Source: a virus
DNA length: 10,271 nucleotides
Strand: one strand, 5' to 3'
UHGV virus genome: UHGV-0344388
In this document: in pieces, positions 6,591 through 10,271 of the stretch
Layout: each line of letters starts with the position of its first letter
Position numbering within the stretch: the stretch's first letter is position 1
Notes under the pieces: model-generated
What the model was told of the DNA's origin: nothing
The model's database searches: none
Seen by the model: the letters and a program-made list of their open reading frames with translations, nothing else
Translations under genes and position numbers: made by a program

Positions 6591-6985
6591 ATAATGTGGA
6601 GAGAATCTATTGAAGTGCATGGTGCCGGGTGCCTCCCGGTGAATTCAGTACCAGCACCTGAATCCGCGATTATCCCATATACCTACTCGCTGATTGCCCC
6701 TCCGCACAGGGGGATTCACCATGCCAGTTTCTTTTAACAAACTCCCCGCAAACCAGAGAACAGTCAACCGCCTGAATTGTGAAGTATTTAAAAATTTCTC
6801 CCGCTAACTGATACCCGGCTAACAGTCTGGCGTTTTCTTTTTCAGCAACGGGAAAGCAACAACCACCACACCCGCCACCAGCACACCGTCAGCCAGCACT
6901 GACATTATCCGGCTGCTGCAATGCCATTCACAAAAACAGTAAGCAATCACTTTTTACCGTAACAGGTGATAATCCAGATATGTAT

Positions 6986-7339
6986 CTACCCCAGATGAGT
7001 AATCCGAAGTTCATCCATACCACAGGTCCTGGCTATTCTGTTGTACTCCTGAACAAGAGCAAATAATTCTGAATTAGCAACCATGAACTCATCGCAAACC
7101 CTCTGTATAGCATCACTATTCAGAATAATAACGTCTCTTCCCGAAAGACGATCAGGAGCACAGAACAAAACTGTCAAACGGCTGAAGGCCTTTGCTCGTG
7201 CTGCATTGACTATATCAATACGCTGCCTAAGGATGAAACACCCCGACGCCTCATCAATATTCACTCTACCCACACCATATGAATGATAAATATTTAATGC
7301 TGAAAAAACCATTAGACCGTATAACAAACACTCAATCAA
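6986..7339 (-). CDS. hypothetical protein, 117 aa; possibly a gene remnant
   Basis: ORF track only. Begins with TTG; the first in-frame ATG (7312) has no recognisable SD. No family recognised. Overlaps a 67-aa plus-strand ORF that is equally unconvincing. Confidence 0.3.
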   Translation of the reverse strand: MIECLLYGLMVFSALNIYHSYGVGRVNIDEASGCFILRQRIDIVNAARAKAFSRLTVLFCAPDRLSGRDVIILNSDAIQRVCDEFMVANSELFALVQEYNRIARTCGMDELRITHLG

Positions 7340-7449
7340 TACTTAACAGAACTTTTATTTTTGACAAACATATTATGTTTTCAACAATATCCTGAGCCAG
7401 GTATATTCCAGTATAAGGCTCTGCCGGAAGGAATCTGGAAGAATGAATA

Positions 7450-7526
7450 TGGCGCGCTGTACTGGATTCGAACCAGTGACCGATTGCTTAGAAGGCAATT
7501 GCTCTGTCCGGCTGAGCTAACAACGC
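7450..7526 (-). tRNA. tRNA-Arg (anticodon UCU), 77 nt including encoded CCA
   Basis: Reverse complement GCGTTGTTAGCTCAGCCGGACAGAGCAATTGCCTTCTAAGCAATCGGTCACTGGTTCGAATCCAGTACAGCGCGCCA folds as a cloverleaf: 7-bp acceptor stem, anticodon stem ATTGC/GCAAT with loop CTTCTAA, T-arm with GTTCGAATC, 3' CCA. Confidence 0.85.
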
Positions 7527-7626
7527 TGAATACCGATAATGGACCGCCATCGGGGACCCGCCCCCGCACCAACAACCCTGTTATCGTGTCGTCTGCTCTT
7601 CCTGATAAGCTAATGGCGGTTTGTGA

Positions 7627-7702
7627 TGGTGGCCCTTGCTGGATTTGAACCAGCGACCTGGCGATTATGAGTCGCTCGCTCTCACCACTGAGCTAAAGGG
7701 CC
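7627..7702 (-). tRNA. tRNA with CAU anticodon, ileX/ileZ-like (probable tRNA-Ile2, lysidine-modified), 76 nt including encoded CCA
   Basis: Reverse complement GGCCCTTTAGCTCAGTGGTGAGAGCGAGCGACTCATAATCGCCAGGTCGCTGGTTCAAATCCAGCAAGGGCCACCA: perfect 7-bp acceptor stem, anticodon loop CTCATAA, T-loop GGTTCAAATCC. Closely resembles E. coli ileX as remembered. Ile versus Met identity is not decidable from the anticodon alone. Confidence 0.85.
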
Positions 7703-7740
7703 GGGAGCAGAATAATAACGGTCCGTAATTAATTCCGCAA

Positions 7741-7763
7741 TAAAAAACCCGCTCGGCGGCGGG
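7741..7763 (-). terminator. rho-independent terminator just downstream of Q (tR'-like)
   Basis: Minus strand: stem CCCGC/GCGGG with loop CGCCGA, immediately followed by UUUUUUAUU (plus coords 7747..7742). Confidence 0.6.
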
Positions 7764-7812
7764 TTGTAGAAACTCTTCTAACGTCAGGCATAAAAAGCCC
7801 ATCATTATGACG

Positions 7813-7840
7813 AATTTACCACAGATTCCGGAAAAATCAA
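7813..7840 (-). promoter_or_regulatory. candidate late promoter PR'-like, immediately downstream of the Q gene
   Basis: Minus strand: -35 TTGATT (7840..7835), 16-nt spacer, -10 TAAATT (7818..7813), the same -10 hexamer as lambda PR'. Sits between the Q stop (7846) and the terminator at 7741..7763, as expected for a Q-utilisation region. Confidence 0.45.
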
Positions 7841-7845
7841 CCTTG

Positions 7846-8667
7846 TTACCTAGTTACCTTTTTTAACTGCCGCTCAGCCCATGCTTCTTCAATATCAAAC
7901 CGGGTCACCAGCGCATCATAGAATTTCTTAACTGTTTTTTCCCATGACGCGCGTGTTATCTGGTTTGTCACCTCGCATATAGCATTAAATGCCTCCGTTG
8001 ATGGTAGTCTTTCATAGCCACGACCACCACAACGCTGGCAGTCTCTGACAACAGGCATACCACGTTTTACCGACTCTTCACGATGAATGGCGACACCACG
8101 CCCACGGCAATCCTTACAGGCGGTGGAAACCTCACCCTTTCCGCCACACTCCGGACAGGCAACTTTTACCACCTCCCTGACTTTTTTCCATTCTTCCCAG
8201 TAAGACGGATACACACCTTTCGTACACTTTGCCCATACCGGCGGCTTACCATCCGGATACTGGACCTTGTTTGTAAAAACTATGCTTTCAATAAATTTTT
8301 CCCCATAGCAACAAGGGCACTGCTTTTTACTCGCTGCGCTGCGGGCATAATCCTCAAAAGCGTACGAAGCCATAATGCGCATCACTACCGGTTTTATTTC
8401 TGCCGGAAGTTTTCTCAACGCCGCCACACGATCGCACCGACTGAGTGCATAATCTGCCAGTAATTCTGTTGCCCGCGCCCTGTCATTCATACTGATGCCC
8501 ATTTTCCCCAGGAACGCAGAAAAACCCATCTCAGCCCGATTCTGTGTCATGCCCTGCGCGGCCATCACATCAGTGATACTCAGCGCATCTTTTGACGTTG
8601 AGGCCGATGCATCGGTCAGGCCAGGGGATTTTGGGGAGTAGTATTTCGGTAAATCTTCCAGTTTCAT
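7846..8667 (-). CDS. late-gene antitermination protein Q (Q-type antiterminator with Cys-rich zinc-binding motifs), 273 aa
   Basis: ORF track. Position immediately upstream of a PR'/terminator pair and downstream of rusA; Cys-rich repeats (CPECGGKGEV, CKDCRGRGVA, CQRCGGRGYE); overall resemblance to prophage Q proteins such as QuuQ (from memory). Start codon uncertain: weak SD at 8667, and K-12 QuuQ is shorter. Confidence 0.8.
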   Translation of the reverse strand: MKLEDLPKYYSPKSPGLTDASASTSKDALSITDVMAAQGMTQNRAEMGFSAFLGKMGISMNDRARATELLADYALSRCDRVAALRKLPAEIKPVVMRIMASYAFEDYARSAASKKQCPCCYGEKFIESIVFTNKVQYPDGKPPVWAKCTKGVYPSYWEEWKKVREVVKVACPECGGKGEVSTACKDCRGRGVAIHREESVKRGMPVVRDCQRCGGRGYERLPSTEAFNAICEVTNQITRASWEKTVKKFYDALVTRFDIEEAWAERQLKKVTR

Positions 8668-8681
8668 TTTTTGACCTGCTC

Positions 8682-9038
8682 TTAATGCATTATGGGGTAA
8701 ATCTTCACCCCCAGACGTCCGCCAGATACTGGCTGACCACGAACGATATTGATTTCATCAAACTGCTCATCGTCCATTAACACTCCCGCATGCGTCAGCG
8801 CATCCAGCGGTGCTTTCAGGATATTGTCCAGGTCGCGACGACGCTTATCCGGTGGCTCTGCAATCACCTTTATCGCCAGCCTTCCGGACAGGCTTAATTT
8901 CAGCCGCTGCTGGCGAACAATAAGCGCCACAGCCCGGCGATAACGCTTTCCCTCCTCCGAGATAAAATATGTGCTGCCACGGCGTCGCCAGTAAGTGTTC
9001 ACCGTCGGCGGGTAAGGTAAAACCAAATCTATGAGCAT
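8682..9038 (-). CDS. rusA: RusA Holliday-junction resolvase (crossover junction endodeoxyribonuclease), 118 aa
   Basis: ORF track. Strong SD (AAGAGGTGA). Translation matches the RusA pattern (YPPTVNTYWRRRG..., DKRRRDLDNILKAPLDALTHAGVLMDDEQ...GGRLGVKI), including the catalytic acidic residues in the RRRDLDN region. Confidence 0.9.
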   Translation of the reverse strand: MLIDLVLPYPPTVNTYWRRRGSTYFISEEGKRYRRAVALIVRQQRLKLSLSGRLAIKVIAEPPDKRRRDLDNILKAPLDALTHAGVLMDDEQFDEINIVRGQPVSGGRLGVKIYPIMH

Positions 9039-9050
9039 CAGTCACCTCTT

Positions 9051-10100
9051 TTACCCAAGCACGCCAGTTGCAAAGGCGTGATCAAGAAAACGAAAAATTA
9101 AATCAACCTGAGAACCATGCTTTTCTTCGAACGCCAGAGGATCCGCATGAAGCTCGTTGTGATGCTCCCGACACAGCGGTAGCGTGAAAATATCGTGAGA
9201 TTTTGTCCCCATTCCGCCCTGACCATGACCAATCAGGTGATGGGGATCGTCGGCTGGCTTACCACAACACGCACACGGCTGTGTCTTCACCCAGCGTTTG
9301 TATTTCTCGTTAACCCAGCGGCGACGTTTAGGTCGTTTCATGAAAGATTCCGGAGACTCAGGATCAACGGCAATGCTGACCACCGTCTTTTCCTGTGGTG
9401 GGTTCTGTTGCTGGTGGGCGTGAGGCAGCGGCGCAAGATTTTTTGTGCGCTGTTTCAGTATGCTGGTGGCGGTCTGCTCTCCCGGTACGATGTCGCTTTC
9501 GCGGTACACCGAGCAGATTTTTTCCGCTGGTAATCCCAGCGAACGACGCGATACAGCCTCAGGTAGTGCATCCACCACCTGATTGCAGACCGCCCACCAG
9601 GATAATTCAGCCAAAGATAATTCCCGCTCCTGCGTACCGCTTATTGCGTGACGGATGACGTCAATCACCCATGCTGTCAGATTTTGTTGAGCAAGCAGCT
9701 CCAGTGATTCCGATGTCTGGTCACGCAGTTGGTTGTCGCAGTGCCAACACAACACCATTGCGCCGGTACCATAACGGTGAATGACTGTTTCAGTGTGATG
9801 GTAATCTCCATTAGGCCACTGGCAGGATGTAACATGACGTAATAGCCAGTCAGACAATGCGCCAACGCCGCCAGCAGCACGAATCACCCGTTCGTTACTA
9901 AAAAACGGCAGCAATGTTTTGTCTTCCGCCAGCGGCTGGCCAACGGCAGGAACGACTCCGGATGGCAGATTACGCATGCTTTTTGGTTCCGGTTCCACCA
10001 GCACTCGAGGATTATGAAATATCTGTATGGATTCACGGCCCGGCTTAAGGACCACCAGCCCAAGCTCAGGCACCAGAACAGGTCTAAGTAATACCCGCAC
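9051..10100 (-). CDS. DUF968-family prophage protein (YdfU-like) with a C-terminal HNH-like Cys/His motif, 349 aa from the GTG at 10100
   Basis: ORF track 9051..10139. Start placed at the in-frame GTG at 10100, which has a GGAGG SD and abuts the upstream stop, giving 349 aa (the size I recall for K-12 YdfU); the ATG at 9977 is an alternative. C-terminal motif CACCGKPADDPHHL...CREHHNELH. Confidence 0.75.
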   Translation of the reverse strand: MRVLLRPVLVPELGLVVLKPGRESIQIFHNPRVLVEPEPKSMRNLPSGVVPAVGQPLAEDKTLLPFFSNERVIRAAGGVGALSDWLLRHVTSCQWPNGDYHHTETVIHRYGTGAMVLCWHCDNQLRDQTSESLELLAQQNLTAWVIDVIRHAISGTQERELSLAELSWWAVCNQVVDALPEAVSRRSLGLPAEKICSVYRESDIVPGEQTATSILKQRTKNLAPLPHAHQQQNPPQEKTVVSIAVDPESPESFMKRPKRRRWVNEKYKRWVKTQPCACCGKPADDPHHLIGHGQGGMGTKSHDIFTLPLCREHHNELHADPLAFEEKHGSQVDLIFRFLDHAFATGVLG

Positions 10101-10101
10101 G

Positions 10102-10271
10102 TTACCTCCAGATCCGTTGCTGGAAAGTGCGGGACGCACGTGGTGGGCGTTCGGAGTAAGGCAATCTGACTGAGATTATCCAGTGACGGTAGTCGAGACT
10201 AAGGGCTTTCTTAACCTCGTATCCGCGCCTGCGGTAACACTGAATTATCCATTCAGCCTGCTCTTCAGTGC
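10102..10271 (-). CDS. 3' end of a gene entering from beyond the window end (C-terminal 55 codons: ...EEQAEWIIQCYRRRGYEVKKALSLDYRHWIISVRLPYSERPPRASRTFQQRIWR); function unknown
   Basis: Open frame on the minus strand from the window edge to a TAA at 10104..10102, immediately followed by the GGAGG SD and GTG of the DUF968 gene. Not in the ORF track because it has no start in the window. Confidence 0.4.
   Translation of the reverse strand, partial: TEEQAEWIIQCYRRRGYEVKKALSLDYRHWIISVRLPYSERPPRASRTFQQRIWR

Noticed and set aside
6391-6594. Plus-strand 67-aa ORF
   Set aside because: Overlaps the lipoprotein gene start and its promoter region on the opposite strand; no SD; the translation is unremarkable.
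7083-7286. Plus-strand 67-aa ORF
   Set aside because: Overlaps the equally weak minus-strand 117-aa ORF; neither has convincing start signals, and the minus-strand one was kept only as a low-confidence feature.
5478-7449. Shiga toxin (stxAB) or other known toxin genes in the slot downstream of Q and the tRNAs
   Set aside because: No ORF of the right size or sequence character for StxA/StxB; the ORFs present are the TolA-like lipoproteins and an unassigned 117-aa ORF.
7340-7626. Possible third tRNA (Stx phages carry ileZ-argN-argO)
   Set aside because: Hand-scanned 7340..7449 and 7527..7626 on both strands for a GTTCRA T-loop with a matching acceptor stem; none found. Only two tRNAs are supported.
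7361-7648. Plus-strand 95-aa ORF and minus-strand 64-aa ORF (7381..7575)
   Set aside because: Both run straight through the two tRNA genes; the plus ORF starts with TTG. These are artefacts of the tRNA sequences.
8083-8943. Plus-strand ORFs of 126, 62 and 64 aa
   Set aside because: Antisense to the Q and rusA genes, which have strong homology and expression signals.
8845-9045. Minus-strand 66-aa ORF overlapping rusA
   Set aside because: Alternative frame of the rusA region; RusA identity of the main frame is strong.
9195-9880. Plus-strand ORFs (112 and 87 aa) and a minus-strand 67-aa ORF within the DUF968 gene
   Set aside because: Nested in or antisense to the DUF968 gene; no independent signals.
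1-10271. CRISPR arrays, insertion sequences, integrase or attachment sites
   Set aside because: No direct-repeat/spacer periodicity, no terminal inverted repeats flanking a transposase-like ORF, and no integrase-like ORF in this window; the prophage ends are evidently outside it.

Overview
This window reads as the late-region/accessory segment of a lambdoid (Qin/Rac-like) enterobacterial prophage, with essentially every credible gene on the minus strand. In transcription order (high to low coordinate) it runs: a 3' gene fragment, a DUF968 protein, RusA resolvase, a Q-type antiterminator, a PR'/tR'-like late promoter and terminator, two phage tRNAs (Ile-CAU type and Arg-UCU), a gene-poor block, two paralogous lipoproteins whose mature domains resemble TolA C-terminal domain III, a terminator, an S21-like pinholin, a YdfR-like protein, a SAR endolysin, Rz/Rz1 spanins, an AT-rich TrkG potassium-transporter moron, a translationally coupled ParB-like nuclease-domain gene and GT-A-like glycosyltransferase gene, a small helix-rich protein, and the start of the next gene at the window edge. 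The most interesting candidates are the TolA-domain-III lipoprotein pair sitting in the slot where Stx phages carry toxin genes, and the ParB-like/glycosyltransferase-like pair just upstream of the presumed packaging genes. All homology statements come from reading the ORF translations against remembered protein families; no database search was run. Coordinates of ORFs come from the supplied track; coordinates of tRNAs, promoters, terminators and repeats were hand-indexed and may be off by a few bases.
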